From positions 37,200,001-37,264,000 of the forward strand of contig OX597829.1 of NCBI GenBank assembly GCA_951406725.2: a stretch of DNA of 64,000 bases. Reading direction: 5' to 3'. This stretch comes from Octopus vulgaris (lineage: Eukaryota). Below are positions 26,586-39,057 of this stretch, one piece after another. Both the position numbers and the translations under genes were made by a program. The notes beneath the pieces were generated by a model, which was not told the origin of the DNA, searched no databases, and saw only the letters and a list, made by a program, of their open reading frames with translations. The first letter of the stretch is position 1, and the number at the start of each line of letters is the position of its first letter.

Positions 26586-29468
26586 CGTTTTTGTATTTGG
26601 TTTGAAAGATTCTTTATGTGAATTCATGTGTTGAAGCATATTTTATTGTGTCTGGAGAGAGTCATTCTCTTTTAGTGCCTTATTATTTAACACACTCACC
26701 AATTTCCACTCATTTACTTATTTATTTTTACTAAAACTTTCACTGTGACTATCAACCTTTTCAATAGTCATTGACTCTGTTATCGGAATTGCGTTCTTTT
26801 TTTTTGTATGCAAGTGTGTGCATCAGTGTGCATGCACATACACATGTATGTATGCATGTGTACACGTTTGTATGTATGTACTCTCCATGTTTGTGTGCAT
26901 GCATGTATGTGTGTGTGTGTATGCATATATATATATGTATGCATGTGTGCATGTTTGTATGTATGTATTCTTCTGCATATCCATGTGCTTGTGTTCATGT
27001 TTGTGTGCATTTCTGTGTGTACCTCTGTCTCCTGTGTGCATGTTTGAGTGTGTCTGTGTGACTATGTATGTGTGTCTATTATGTATGGATGTGTCTTCAT
27101 ATGTGTCCTTGTGTGAAGTGTGTATATGGTCATGTGTTTCAGTCTTCATTTGTATGTATGTGTGTTTGTGTCCATCTGTCCATATTACCTATGTACCTAT
27201 TTATCTGCATATCTACCTGTCCATACGCATTTCCATTTACCCACATGTATATACATATATACATACATATACATACATATATATATGTATATTTACATAC
27301 ACATATATGCACACACACACACACACACATGCCTATATAATAGCCTACTAACAACATTGTGTATATATAAACTGGGTATTGGGATATGACACCTTCTATG
27401 TATATTTCCTGTTTTGTACTGGGGATGTTTCATTAATGATGACATACTCTTGTACTTGTCTGAGTGTTGGATCCTTCACATACTTGGATAAGAAGTCAAG
27501 TTTACCCAGTGTGCCTCCATGTTGGTCTTTGGCATGTTGTTAGGGTATACAGGATTGTTTTTGTTATCATATTGTCTCAGATGTTCATTTAGTCTTCCTG
27601 CAATGGTCCTAGATGTTTCACCTATGTATATTACGTTCTTGTCTTGATAAACACCCTCTATGCACCTTATGCTGTACACTACATTTCTAGTTCTACAGTT
27701 AATGCCATGCAGTTATCATTGGTGCATGTGGTATTCTCAAAGGGGTATGTCCTACTTAGTTGTTATCTGATGGAGTTCCCTGGCTTTTCAACAATCTTAA
27801 TGTTGAGTTTAGCTTCTTTCAGAGCTTTCCTAAATCTACAGGCTAATTCTCCATGGCCTCTACAAACATCACTCCTTCATATTTGTTGATCTTGTATACC
27901 ACGTGCTCACCTTGTTTACTTTGTCGCAAATTCTTTGTATCCTATTCCAGTCTCGACTTCTATATCTAGGGTAGGTACCACTGGTTTCATTACTTATAAT
28001 GCTTTCTAACTTCTTTCTAGCACCCCTGCATACCAAACCCTATCTTTCTGATCATATCCAGAGAATTGCATGCAATGATGAAGTTCTGTACATGCTTCTT
28101 TGTTTCATAGGGTCTGCATAGTAGGGACATTGTGTTCATTATCCTAACTAGATTTGCTATCTGTATGCTGATTTTCATGTTGTGTGACAAAGCTGAGTTC
28201 TTGTGAAAAGCATATTTAGAAGCTATAGGTTTCGTGTAATAAGAACGGAGGAGCTGCTCTCTGTTGTTCACAGTCTCCACCCAAAGTTTAGTATCAAGGA
28301 CAGGGAGTCTGCTCTTAGGGTGCCTAGTGGAGTAATCTATAGTTATCTTGATCCCTTGATGGATGGAGTTAGCTACATGCTGGATGCTCTCCATTATGCT
28401 CCTCTCAGTTTCTATATTGCAGTTACTAGAGTCTGTCCTAACTAGAATGTTAATGTCATCTACATGCTGACAGTAAAGTAAAGTAATAGTGGTGGATTGT
28501 TCTGCTAAGGATTGCTTTAGTTTTCTGTCCCACTAAGTCATGAAGAGGTCACCACACCTATACCTTGAACCTGCATATATAGTTTCTTTTTAAACTTTAC
28601 TATGTGGTTCTTCAAGGTGGTTCTTATGCTAGTCCCCTATTGCATGTGCAATCATTCTTTTCACCTGATTGTTGTTCTCAAGGTTTTGGGTGAATTTGGT
28701 CCAGCCACTCCAGTGCTCTGCAGTGCTTTTCTTCACTGCTGAGGTGATGGTGTATGATCTTCCCCTCTGTGACCTGATGAGGCAGAATCTACCTAGGTCA
28801 TGGTGTGTGTATGCGTATGTGTGTATATAAATATACATATATATGTATGCATATATATGTGGGTAAATGGAAACACAGGTAGATATACAGATACATAGGA
28901 AATATGGACAGATGAGCACAAACGCACATACAAATGAAGAATGAAACGCATGACCATATACACACACAAGGACACATATGGAGATACACATCCATACATA
29001 TCAGAGGCTCATACATAGTCACACAAACCCATACACAGACACACTCAAACATGCACACACAAGGAGACAAAGGTACACACACAAATACATACACACACAC
29101 ACACACATGAACACAAGCACACACACACATACAAACATGAACACACAAATACATGGATATGCAGAATACATGCATACTTACATATATGCATACACACATA
29201 CATGCATACTTACATATATGCATACACATACATGTATACACACACATACATGCATGAGTGTATGCACATGTACACTGATGCACACATATGCATACAAAAA
29301 ATAATAGAAAAAAGAACGCAGTTCCAATAATGGACAGTCAATGACCATTGAAAAGGTTGCAAGTTGCAACAAAAATTTTAGTAAAAATAAAGAAGTAAAT
29401 GAGTGGAAATCGGTGAGGATGTTAAATTAATAAGGTACTAAAAGAGAATGACTCTCTTCAGACACAAT
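26586..29468 (-). mobile_element. Penelope-like retroelement remnant flanked by ~700-bp inverted pseudo-LTR-like arms
   Basis: The interior minus strand gives HVDDINIL (RT), IKITIDY..LPVLD..YYTKP (thumb) and YSIRC..YIGETSRTIAGRLNEH (GIY-YIG). Arms about 26645-27330 and 28803-29468 are reverse complements. Confidence 0.85.
27476..27679 (-). pseudogene. GIY-YIG endonuclease fragment of the PLE
   Basis: YSIRC...VIYIGETSRTIAGRLNEH motif. Confidence 0.85.
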
Positions 29469-29471
29469 TAC

Positions 29472-29508
<37 letters not shown>

Positions 29509-29714
29509 TAGGGATGGTATTATTAAAATACTATCACAAGTGGTAAGCGAATTATTAGCCGTACAGGCAAATTAATAAAATATATGCATACAATATTAAA
29601 TATGTACATATATACACAAGGGTACTAGATGAGTACCTATATCGCTAATGATATATATATATATATATGTATGTGCCAAATGATAAGAAGACAAAGAAAA
29701 TTCTTTAACACATA

Positions 29715-30110
29715 TCAGGACTAAGAGGACGACTAGAAGAAGACCAACATGGAGAAGAAGGGTCTGGAAGCTTAAAGACCCTGCGAATGGACAGAGATTT
29801 AGAGACATGTTATTTGAAGCCTTTGACGAAATAGAAGGGGGTATAGCTACACATGGAGTAGAAGACAACTGGACGCTTCTGAGGGACAACCTGCTGAAAG
29901 CCACTGACCAGATCTGTGGCTGGTGCAAAGTCCCCTCAAGACCCAAAATAACGTGGTGGTGGAACAATATTGTTGACAGGGCTATTAGACAAAAGAAACA
30001 GGCTTGGAAGGACTGGAAGAACGGTGGTAGCAAGGAAGTGTATCAGACTGCCAGAAGGGAAGCTAGGAGGCAGGTGTATTTAGCCAGAGGGGAAGCAGAT
30101 AAGAAAAACT
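29715..30110 (+). pseudogene. RTE LINE endonuclease-RT linker fragment
   Basis: VEDNWTLLRDNLLKATDQICG..TWWWNNIVDRAIRQKKQAWKDWK. Confidence 0.8.
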
Positions 30111-30549
30111 TTATAAAACCCATTATAAAACCATCTACCTTCTCTTTTTCTGCATAGTAAACACGGCCACTTCCTAGATGACAGCAGAGTCCTGTCTTCT
30201 TTTATTTTCTCTTTGTTAAGTTTATTTTAATGCTTCTCAATTCTTGGTTTGACTTCACATTTGAAATCTTTTTCTCTAATTTATCATGGATTCAGCATTG
30301 GGTTGAAAATCAAGCCATAATGGATGCCAGCCTTCTTGCTAAATTCCTTGCTAAACTCAGTGACAACTTCTCCATACATGGCTTACTCATGTAAGCCATT
30401 CATTTACATCTAGTTTTCATAATGACCACCAAATTTGAGAGCATGGTGCCCTCTTAAAGGCCTTCTTCATGCTGCATTCTTTACTTTATTTGTGAGATTA
30501 AGTGCATAGTTCCCACAATTCTCCTTCTTTGAGATATAAAATACTTCAT

Positions 30550-31095
30550 GTCTCTGAGTTTCATGCTTCTTTTTTGCTAAGTATACCTTTCTTCTAAGTC
30601 ATTTGCATCGCAGAATTCCAAATTCTTTGGTCCTGCTTCATTTCATGTCAGATAACAAAATCCCTAATGTACATTGGAATAGTTATCATGGTGTCATTCA
30701 AGTCACCAGCCATCATAATGAGGTTACTGTTGTCTGTCATTAGGGTAATTTGCTTGAGGGCCTCATAGAAATAGTCCTGCTTATGATCAGAAGTCTTGGT
30801 TTTGGTGTATATGCAGTTACCATTGCATTACTCAATTATTCTATCACATACCCTGGCTAGTTTAGTTACTTAAGCCATTTCTCTGCTAACAGTATCTCTA
30901 CTTTAACCAATTTCAATACTTTTACCAACCAGAAGAATTTGTACCTGCATTCCCGGCCAATAAGGAGTGTGACTGAGATTCCATTCCATCCTGTCTCTTG
31001 TTCTCAACATACATTTATTTGCCTCCACTCTAGTATCTTTACAATCTGTCCAAATCTAGCTTTCATGGTGCCAATATTGATGATAGATGCTCTAA
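30550..31095 (-). pseudogene. RTE APE-endonuclease N-terminal remnant
   Basis: Minus strand INIGTMKARFGQIVKILEWRQINVC*EQETGWNG. Confidence 0.6.
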
Positions 31096-31649
31096 AAATA
31101 TGTACACGACTTGGGATAAGTGTGTTTCTGGTGGTATTTTAGTTGTTTGGCATCTATTTTCTGAATCTTAAAAGAAGTTTATATTCTTAATTTTAACTGC
31201 AAGTATTTTCTCAAATTTGGATTGGACAAGAAATTACAATCAGTTAATGTAGGAATTATGAAAGATGGTGGTAAACAAATGTGCCAGAAGATATAGATCA
31301 GAATCAAATATATTTTTTTCTAAATTTAACAACAGTTGTGGATAGCAGTATGCTAGAATTAGTGACTGGGTTGCAACAACAATGGAAATAAGGAAGCAAA
31401 CTTAATTCTTTAGTACATTAATGGGCAACATTTCCTTCTGTGTGTGTGTAGTACCAAGAAATAAAATTTTAATTTTATTCTATTTTTAAATTGGAAACTA
31501 CTTTTTCATACCTCTTAAAAATTAAATTCTAATTAGAATAAATTTATTTTATATTTTTTCATCTAAACAGTTTATGATTAAAAAATTTTTTAGATCAGGT
31601 TTATTTTAATTAAATTTCCACTTAGAAAGTTTTGGTTTGATGAAATGTT

Positions 31650-32048
31650 TACTCTTTTACTTGTTTCAGTCATTTAACTGCGGCCATGCTGGAGCACCAC
31701 CTTTAGTCGAGCAAATCGACCCCAGGACTTATTCTTTGTAAGCCCAGTACTTATTCTATCGGTCTCTTTTGCCGAATCGCTAAGTGACGGCGACGTAAAC
31801 ACACCAGCATCGGTTGTCAAGCAATGCTAGGGGAACAAACAGACACACAAACATACACACACACATTTATATATACATATATACAACGGGCTTCTTTCAG
31901 TTTCCATCTACCAAATCCACTCATAAGGCTTTGGTCAGCCCGAGGCTATAGTAGAAGACACTTGCCCAAGATGCCATGCAGTGGGACTGAACCCGGAACC
32001 ATGTGGTTGGTAAGCAAGCTACTTACCACACAGCCACTCCTGCGCCTA
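31650..32048 (-). mobile_element. Family A SINE, full length
   Basis: Head AGGCGCAGGAGTGGCTGTGTGGTAAG..GGGTTCAGTCCC, followed by a CORE-like TTGGGCAAGTG. Confidence 0.9.
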
Positions 32049-32759
32049 TTTGAGTATTATTTTTTTTAACAATTTTGACTAGCTGACTTGGTACTAAAGT
32101 AAGTTGTTTGCATCTTCATTGTGGCTTTCCTACATCATCATCATCATCATCATCATCGTTTAACGTCCGCTTTCCATGCTAGCATGGGTTGGACTACAAT
32201 ATGAAGTAATAATTAGCATGCAAATAAAATATTTATTATTATACAAGTAATATTTAAATTGCTGCTTTATTTATTTTCCAATTAGCTAACATTATTTTTA
32301 TTATGTATTTATATCTGTACTCTTATTTGTTAAAATTCTTTCAAGATTTCAGTGTCTAGTTACACCCCCACCCTCCGTAATGTAAACTAAGGTAAGAATT
32401 TTATTTATAATCAATCTGCAGAACAATTATACAAGGATTACAGTGTGCAGCAACATTGTTTTTCCTACTGCACAGTAGAGAGAGAAGCTATTTTAAAATT
32501 ATTGCTCTCAAAGCTTTTGTACTGCCAAATTTAATTTAACCTTTCATCGCTCTGAGGTCAATCGGACTGGTATCATAGTAATGTATAGTTTATATAAAAG
32601 TAAAATAAAAATCATTGGTAAGTTTGATTAAAAATTATTTTTTGTTTTAAATCTATAGAAAGGTAATTACTAAAACACACAAATATGTTGAAAACATGAG
32701 TAAGTTCTAATTCAATTTGTTTTATTAAAGTTTTCTCACACCTACATGGAGATTCTTAT

Positions 32760-33507
32760 AGCTCATTTGAAAACAAATAAGATTATCAAACTCATCTTTA
32801 TAAACAGATTGTATGATGCTTGTGTATGAATGGCTATGCTCAATGGTAGTAAAACATGGGCTCTGAATGCAGAAAACATATAGAATAGTATCCTCTGATA
32901 GATGTGCAACATAAGTGTGCATGTATGACAAGTGGAAATGTGTTGAGGGAAAATGTTGGGCATAAGAGGAATCCTATGCAGCATGCAAGACTAAAGAACA
33001 AAATAAACTGGTAATCTGTCGGTTATAATTATAAGGATTCCAGTTGATCTGATCAATGGAACAGCCTGCTCATAAAATTAACATGCCAGTAGCTGAGCAC
33101 TCCACAGACACACGTGCCCTTAACATAGTTCTCAGGGAGATTCAGCAAGACACAGAATGTGATAAGGTGACCCTTTGAAAGACAGCTCAGTGGACTGGAG
33201 CAATGTGAAATAAAGTGTCTTGCTCAAGCACACAATGTGCCACCTGGAATTGAACTCATGACCTTACAAAAGTGAGCCAAAACCCTAACCACTAAGTCAA
33301 GCACCTTTAAGAGAGAAGATACATTAGTTTGGACATGTGATGTGTATAAATGAAGACAAGCTGTATAAAGAAATGTTGATCCCTTAAGGTGGATGACACC
33401 TGTGGATGAGGGAGAACATAGGATGAAGTAGTGAAGGCTGATTTCAAGATGTTGGGCCTCATGGAAGAGATGTCTGACAATATGAGGTTCTTGAGAAGCA
33501 TGTTTAT
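32760..33507 (+). pseudogene. Decayed RTE 3' region, interrupted by a SINE at 33011-33307
   Basis: RLYDACV*MAMLNGSKTWALNAE and FGHVM-like fragments. Confidence 0.6.
33011..33307 (-). mobile_element. SINE with a family E head and a family D tail
   Basis: The head matches 48504-48640 (CTTGAGCAAGACACTTTATTTCA). The tail matches about 13950-14120 (GTGTCTGTGGAGTGCTCAGC..GAGCAGGCTGTTCC). Confidence 0.75.
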
Positions 33508-33520
33508 GAGAAGACATGCT

Positions 33521-35628
33521 TGCTTCCCATGCATGAGTTGTTGTCAGTGTTGTTCATACCACTGAAAGAAGTCACCACGCTGGTGTAGAGCTGGCGAAAT
33601 ATTGAATGAAAAAGAAGCTCAACTGTAAGGTAAGACTTTTGTTTTTTGGGTCCAGTTGAGGTTTGTTGTTTGCTGTAATTATTTTTGTACAAACAAGAAG
33701 TCCTCACTGGATTCTGAACTCTGGTCTGCCTACAGTTGGGCAAAATTGGTTCACGTTAAGTGAATAGTTTTTATTCTCACTTAATTGTGAGAATCATTGT
33801 TTTGAGGGTGTTTCTCACCTCCAAAAATTGGTTCACTTAAAGTGAATAGTTTTTTTTTCTTCAAATAATTGTGAGAATTCTCCGAAGATAGAACAACTTC
33901 TTTACCAATTTTTGTGGAAGCTGTGTTCCAGTTGTGGCATTCTGGGTTCGAATTGGATAACCAAATAGGCCTGGATTACCGAGTGGCCAGAAGATTTTTT
34001 TGCTTGCTTTCTTTTTTGAACAGTAGACTGTTTTCTTTCCTTCTTCTATCTTTTTTGTGACTTTCTTTTTTCTTGAACTGTTTTCTTTTTTCTTCTTTCC
34101 TTTTTGTTGTGACTTTCTTTTGATTTCTTTCTTTTTTTTCCTTCTTTTTTTGAATTTTTCATCTTGAAATGTTTTTGAACTTTTTATTACAAAAAAAACA
34201 TGGTAAAAAAAAAGGACAATGTTTTGGAGTGGGAAATTGTCCCACCCAAACAATGGATGGAAGACTTTAAAGAGAGGACAGTGGTGTTGAGGACTTACAC
34301 GACACTGTCGCCCTATTTCAAAAGACTGTTATTAAATTCATCTCCAGGGGAGGTCAAATATGCAACAGTGTGGTTGCTATTTGACACCCCTGAGGGGGCT
34401 TGCAAATTTATGAGCCAGCCCTTAGAGGGCAAAGAGATTTTGTTTCTTCCCACATATTGTGGGAAGAAGTTGACAAGAGTATGGCTCTGTGGGTTGCCAT
34501 CCGGGATAGGACCCGAGTGGATAGAAGAGACTATCTGCCAGGGTCTGGGTAACAGTGGAGCCAAGCTCCTCAATGTGAAAATTTTGCTTGCGGCTGATTA
34601 GGTTAGATCAAAGGCTGTTTTGACCCTGTGGACTCAATCAGCCAAGAATCTGGTTTTTCCAGATTTTTTGAAAATGGCCAGGTGCAGGTACCCAGTGATT
34701 CTTGAGGGACGCCACGCCAAGTGTCACCTGTGCCTGGAACCAGGTCACATTATAAAGAATTGTCCCCAGGACCAAGGTAAGGTCCTGAAACAGTTATTAA
34801 AAGTAGCACCCCCTCCCCCTTTGGAGGGAGAGATGGAGGCAGTTGAGGAGGTGAAGACCTTTAAAAAAAGGGAAGAAAAAAAGGTGGGCAACAATGAAGG
34901 ATCCAAAAGCTGCGGGAGGGAAGGAAAATCTTCTGGACAAAACAGAACTTCACCCTCCCATGGCTCAAGGAAAAAAAAAGAAAAAGAAAAACAGGACATT
35001 GCTAGTGGTTCGTAACACACTGTGCCAGCATGTCCTGAAACCTCAGTGGTGAGAATTGTGCCACCGACGGAGGAAACTGTGGCTCCTTCCTATGCATTGG
35101 ATGAAGAATTTGTAATCCTCTTCCATAAGGGAGGACGTTAGAAAACTTCATGAAGAATTTTTTTAAAAAAAGGCTGGAGGGAAGGGATTCTATCCTGCAC
35201 TGAGGACCCTGATTGGCCTATGCAGGTGGCTGCAGAGATCATATGGAAAATCGACTTGTGCAGGGTAATGAACTCCTTCCCCGAGGATATATTTAGGTTT
35301 ATGTTGAAGTGGCCCGACTTGGCACTGTCCAGGTGCTTGAATGAGGCAAGGTGCCTAGTCAGGCATGAAAGTTCCTAGTTGGGAAAAAAAAGGTAAGAGG
35401 CTTCGTGCCTCATTTTGTTATTGAATATTGTGAACAGTGTAAGAGGTTTGTTGCCTCATGAATGAATTATAAGAGATCAATGTTCTTGGGAAACAACAAT
35501 CAGTGGGAATCGCTTGTTGCCCTCATTAATCATCATTTTCATTTTTCATTTCATATAACATTATGTCTATACCCAGCCCGCAGCTTCCTTTCTCTATGTA
35601 AGGCCTGTATGGCCAATGTATTGAAATA
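33521..35628 (+). mobile_element. ORF1-only (HAL1-like) non-LTR retroelement
   Basis: 13-bp TSD GAGAAGACATGCT at 33508-33520 and 35629-35641. About 680-bp 5' UTR, one disrupted ORF with a CCHC knuckle, about 250-bp 3' UTR, and no EN/RT motifs. Confidence 0.7.
34200..35378 (+). pseudogene. L1/Tx1-like ORF1 (gag-like, CX2CX4HX4C zinc knuckle)
   Basis: ORFs 34200-34601 and 34620-35015 are in the same frame, separated by one TAG. Contains CHLCLEPGHIIKNC. A frameshifted C-terminal part runs to TAG 35378. Confidence 0.75.
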
Positions 35629-35677
35629 GAGAAGACATGCTCACTTTAGTGAAACTGAGTTCTGGAAACGCTGTATG

Positions 35678-35842
35678 ATATCTATATTAGGGATGATACT
35701 CTCTTTGCATCAACTAGGAGGCTCAAAGCTGGGCATTGAGCATACCTAAAAAGCTCTCCATAGATTCTTTAAAAACTATAATTTATCACCTGTGAAAATA
35801 GCATTAGAATTTAGCTTATATTACCCCTACCATAAACCCATA
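35678..35842 (+). repeat. PLE RT fragment, near-identical to 46778-46942
   Basis: ATATCTATATTAGGGATGATACTC...CATAAACC (YRDD-like region). Confidence 0.85.
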
Positions 35843-36698
35843 TGTAACATTAAATTTTTCGCACGTGTCCTACCCCAATAAACCATACTACATCCCCTCT
35901 TCATGTAACTGTGCTTATCTCCCCCTCCCCACTCCTGCAGCCTAATCCTGTCCTCCCTGCCCTGCCAGCTGTATCATTTCTATCCTATAGTTCCCTCCCT
36001 AGTCACTGCATTTCCCCACCCCTTTTGCATTCACATGAACTCCCTACTCATGCACCCTGAACAACCCTCTACCATCCCAATTATATTCACATCTTTTGTA
36101 CCTTAAGAGTCCTTCCTGGCACATTTCCACCATCACTCTCGCTCTCTCTTGCTTTCTTACTCTCACACTTGCACTCTCTCATTTTCACTCTTTCCCTCAC
36201 TCATTCTCTTTCTCTCCCATCCTACCCTACCCTCCCTCTCTCTTTGTCTGTGACCAGAGAGTGACTATGCATCTCTTCTACAGCAAGACACCTGTTTTCG
36301 TCCCTCTGTCATACTCTACACTTTGTACAAAGTTCCCTCTTTCAATGCCACCCAGTTACTTGATGACCTCACTGGTGTTGGTGCCACATAAGAAGTGGTT
36401 GGCTTTACAAAGGGCATCCAGCCATGAAAATTGTGCCAAAGCAAACCTTCCCACTGCTGGCATCATGGGAAAAGCACCCAATCCATTCTGTAAAGTAGTT
36501 GGTGTTACAAAAGGCATCCAGCTGTAAAAAAGCACATGAAAGGTGATAGTGGAGTCTGACTCAGTCCTCTAGCTTACCAGCTCCTGTCAAACTGTCCAAT
36601 CCATGCTAGCATGGAAGATAAAACGTTGAATGATGATAATGATGATTTTGTGTGTGTGTGTGTATATTATATATATAATATATATTATATATAATATA

Positions 36699-37057
36699 CT
36701 AGCAGTATCGCCTGGCATTGCTCGGGTTTGTTTCAACCCGCTGGAATTGTAATTTTGAAAAGTAAAAATTTTGTGAACATTTTTCTGGTCGAAATATACC
36801 GAAAAGTGGCGACACAGCAGTGAAAAAATCGTAAAAAAATAGGGATTTTCATAGAAAAAAGCAGCTTTTTGATGTAAATAATTTTTGGTGTTAACATGGT
36901 CCGATTTGAATTTTATGTTCTACGGAAGGAAGAGCAACCCTTCTTCTATCATACTCTCAATTTTGGTCAACTTGTGCCACAGGGTCTCGGAGGAGATAGT
37001 GTTAGTTGAAGGTTACCAAACGTGGCGCACACAGACAACTTCAGCTTTATATAGAGA
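36699..37057 (-). mobile_element. Non-autonomous Helitron with an H2-type 3' end and a different body
   Basis: CTAGCAGTATCGCCTGGCATTGCTCGGG end, and a TCTCTATATAAAG 5' end on the minus strand. Confidence 0.8.
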
Positions 37058-37199
37058 TAACACACACACACATTAATACACATACATAGACACACACACA
37101 TGTATGTATGGATGTATATATGTACATCTGTCCACTTCTTGCAATATTTTTATCCTTCACTTCCTACACACACACACACACCTTATTAGCTTACAATTT

Positions 37200-38125
37200 C
37201 TTTCTGTCAACAATTGACAACAGAAGTACGCTCGCCAATTAATACTACCAAAATTTAACGACAGAAAGTAAATTAAAAACCAATTTACCTTTTCTGTATT
37301 GTTATGGCAATCCAACTGTCGGTGTGTTTTTGCAAATGTGTTCGAATGAGAAGTGAGTTGCTTTAGGTGTACGTAGGTATGTGTACTTTCTGTGTCTCTT
37401 TACACACACTAACAAAAGCACTTCACTTACACACCACACTTTCTGTGTTGCACACCCCATCAAACACACACACACACACACACACACTCACGCACGTACA
37501 CATGTACATCAATGCTTTCGGAGTGAAATGTTAAAATATTGAGTTTTCTCGAATTTTGTCTTAATTGGGGGTGAAATTGAAAGAAATTTTGTATGCCATG
37601 ACCGAATGGAAGTACTTTGAAAAATCATAGGTAAACTCTAATTGAAGAAATTGTGTGAGGAGTAAATCGTTATGTATTTATTTGTTTCTGTTTGTTGTGT
37701 TTTTTTTTTTTAGTAGTGGTTTAAGGTACACTTGCAAAGAGAAAGTATGAGAAATTATGTTGACAGCATGAGTGATCCGTTTTATATAAATAGTTTCACT
37801 TTAATCGTTGCACACTTGCAAAGAGAAAGGAGGAGAAATTAGGGTGATAGCGTGAGTGAAGCAGATCGCTCCGTTTTTGTGTGTGTGTGTGTGTGTGTGT
37901 GCTGTAGCCCACACTAAGAAAAGCACTTCACTTACACACCACAATGTGAGTTTTCTCTAAATTTTGCTTAATTGGGGTTGAAATTTTAAAAAACCGGACC
38001 TGGCACGACCCGATGTATTCTACTCTTAAAAATGCCAGGTAAATTGTAATTGAAGAAATCCTATATTGTAGATTTCTATAAGAGACAAAGGGAGGCAGAT
38101 AAAATCTGCCTTTTATAATAAGAGA
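37200..38125 (-). mobile_element. Helitron-like element with internal direct duplications
   Basis: Minus-strand start A|TCTCTTATTATAAAAGG. Duplicated blocks at 37405/37910, 37541/37948 and 37727/37811. No 3' end was found. Confidence 0.45.
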
Positions 38126-38129
38126 TAAT

Positions 38130-38518
38130 AGGCGCAGGAGTGGCTGTGTGGTAAGTAGCTTGCTTACCAACTGGGTTCAGTCCCACTGCGAGGCATCTTG
38201 GGCAAGTGTCTTCTGCTATAACCCCGGGCCAACCAATGCCTTGTGAGGGGATTTGGTAGATGGAAACTGAAAGAAGCCTGTCATATATATGTATATATAT
38301 GTATGTGTGTGTGTGTTAGTGTGTCTGTGTTTGTCTCCCTAGCATTGCTTGACAACCGATGCTGGTGTGTTTACGTCCCCGTCACTTAGTGGTTCGGCAA
38401 AAGAGACCGATAGAATAAGTACTGGGCTTACAAAGAATAAGTCCCGGGGTCGATTTGCTCGACTAAAGGCAGTGCTCCAGCATGGCCGCAGTCAAATGAC
38501 TGAAACAAGTTAAAGAGT
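38130..38518 (+). mobile_element. Family A SINE
   Basis: Matches the other family A copies. Confidence 0.9.
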
Positions 38519-38537
38519 ATATATATATATATATACA

Positions 38538-38880
38538 CACAGAAAATTAAGAGGAATGACCACTAAAGTGGACACCCTATATGCTAAACATAGACGTCAA
38601 ATCACCATTACCACAAAGAGTATGTTCTCAAGAAAAAAATCTCAGCAAAATGCAAAAATGAGCAAGACATTTTTGCATTTTGGTGTTTTGTTGAGATTTT
38701 TTTCTTGAGAACACATTCTTCGTAGTAATGGCAATTTGGCATCTATATAGGGTGTCCACTTTAGTGGTCATTTCTCATAATTTTGTATGTAACACAATTT
38801 TTAATTTTCGGATTTTTAAATATGCTAAGCCACTGGTTTTAATTGATTAACATCAATTTCTACCCTTATAATTTAATTAT
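38538..38880. mobile_element. Foldback element (~120-bp arms, 7-nt loop) in (TA)n, probably PLE-derived
   Basis: ATGACCACTAAAGTGGACACCCTATAT..AAAATGCAAAAATG / CATTTTTGCATTTT..TATAGGGTGTCCACTTTAGTGGTCAT. Confidence 0.75.
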
Positions 38881-38987
38881 ATATAAAATGATAAAAATGG
38901 TAAGATAACAAAAGAAAGAAAGAGACCTCGATATTACGTAAATAGAGGAATTTATCTGTAAATGTAATATGTGATAATTATTCGATA

Positions 38988-39057
38988 GCCAAGATAAAAC
39001 TTTAAGTTTCGGATGCCGAGGTGGAAATCCATGCCACCATCTCTTCAGTTATCCGGC
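38988..39057 (-). ncRNA. Type I hammerhead ribozyme motif
   Basis: GCCGGAUAA-CUGAAGA-G..stem II..C-GAAA-CUUAAAG-UU-UUAUCUUGGC. Confidence 0.7.

Noticed and set aside
28770-28800. CTGATGAG inside a TGACCT..AGGTCA dyad
   Set aside because: No downstream GAAA or stem III.
32353-32391. AG...AAG|GTAAGA mini-exon
   Set aside because: Stops in all three frames. Cannot be supported as coding.
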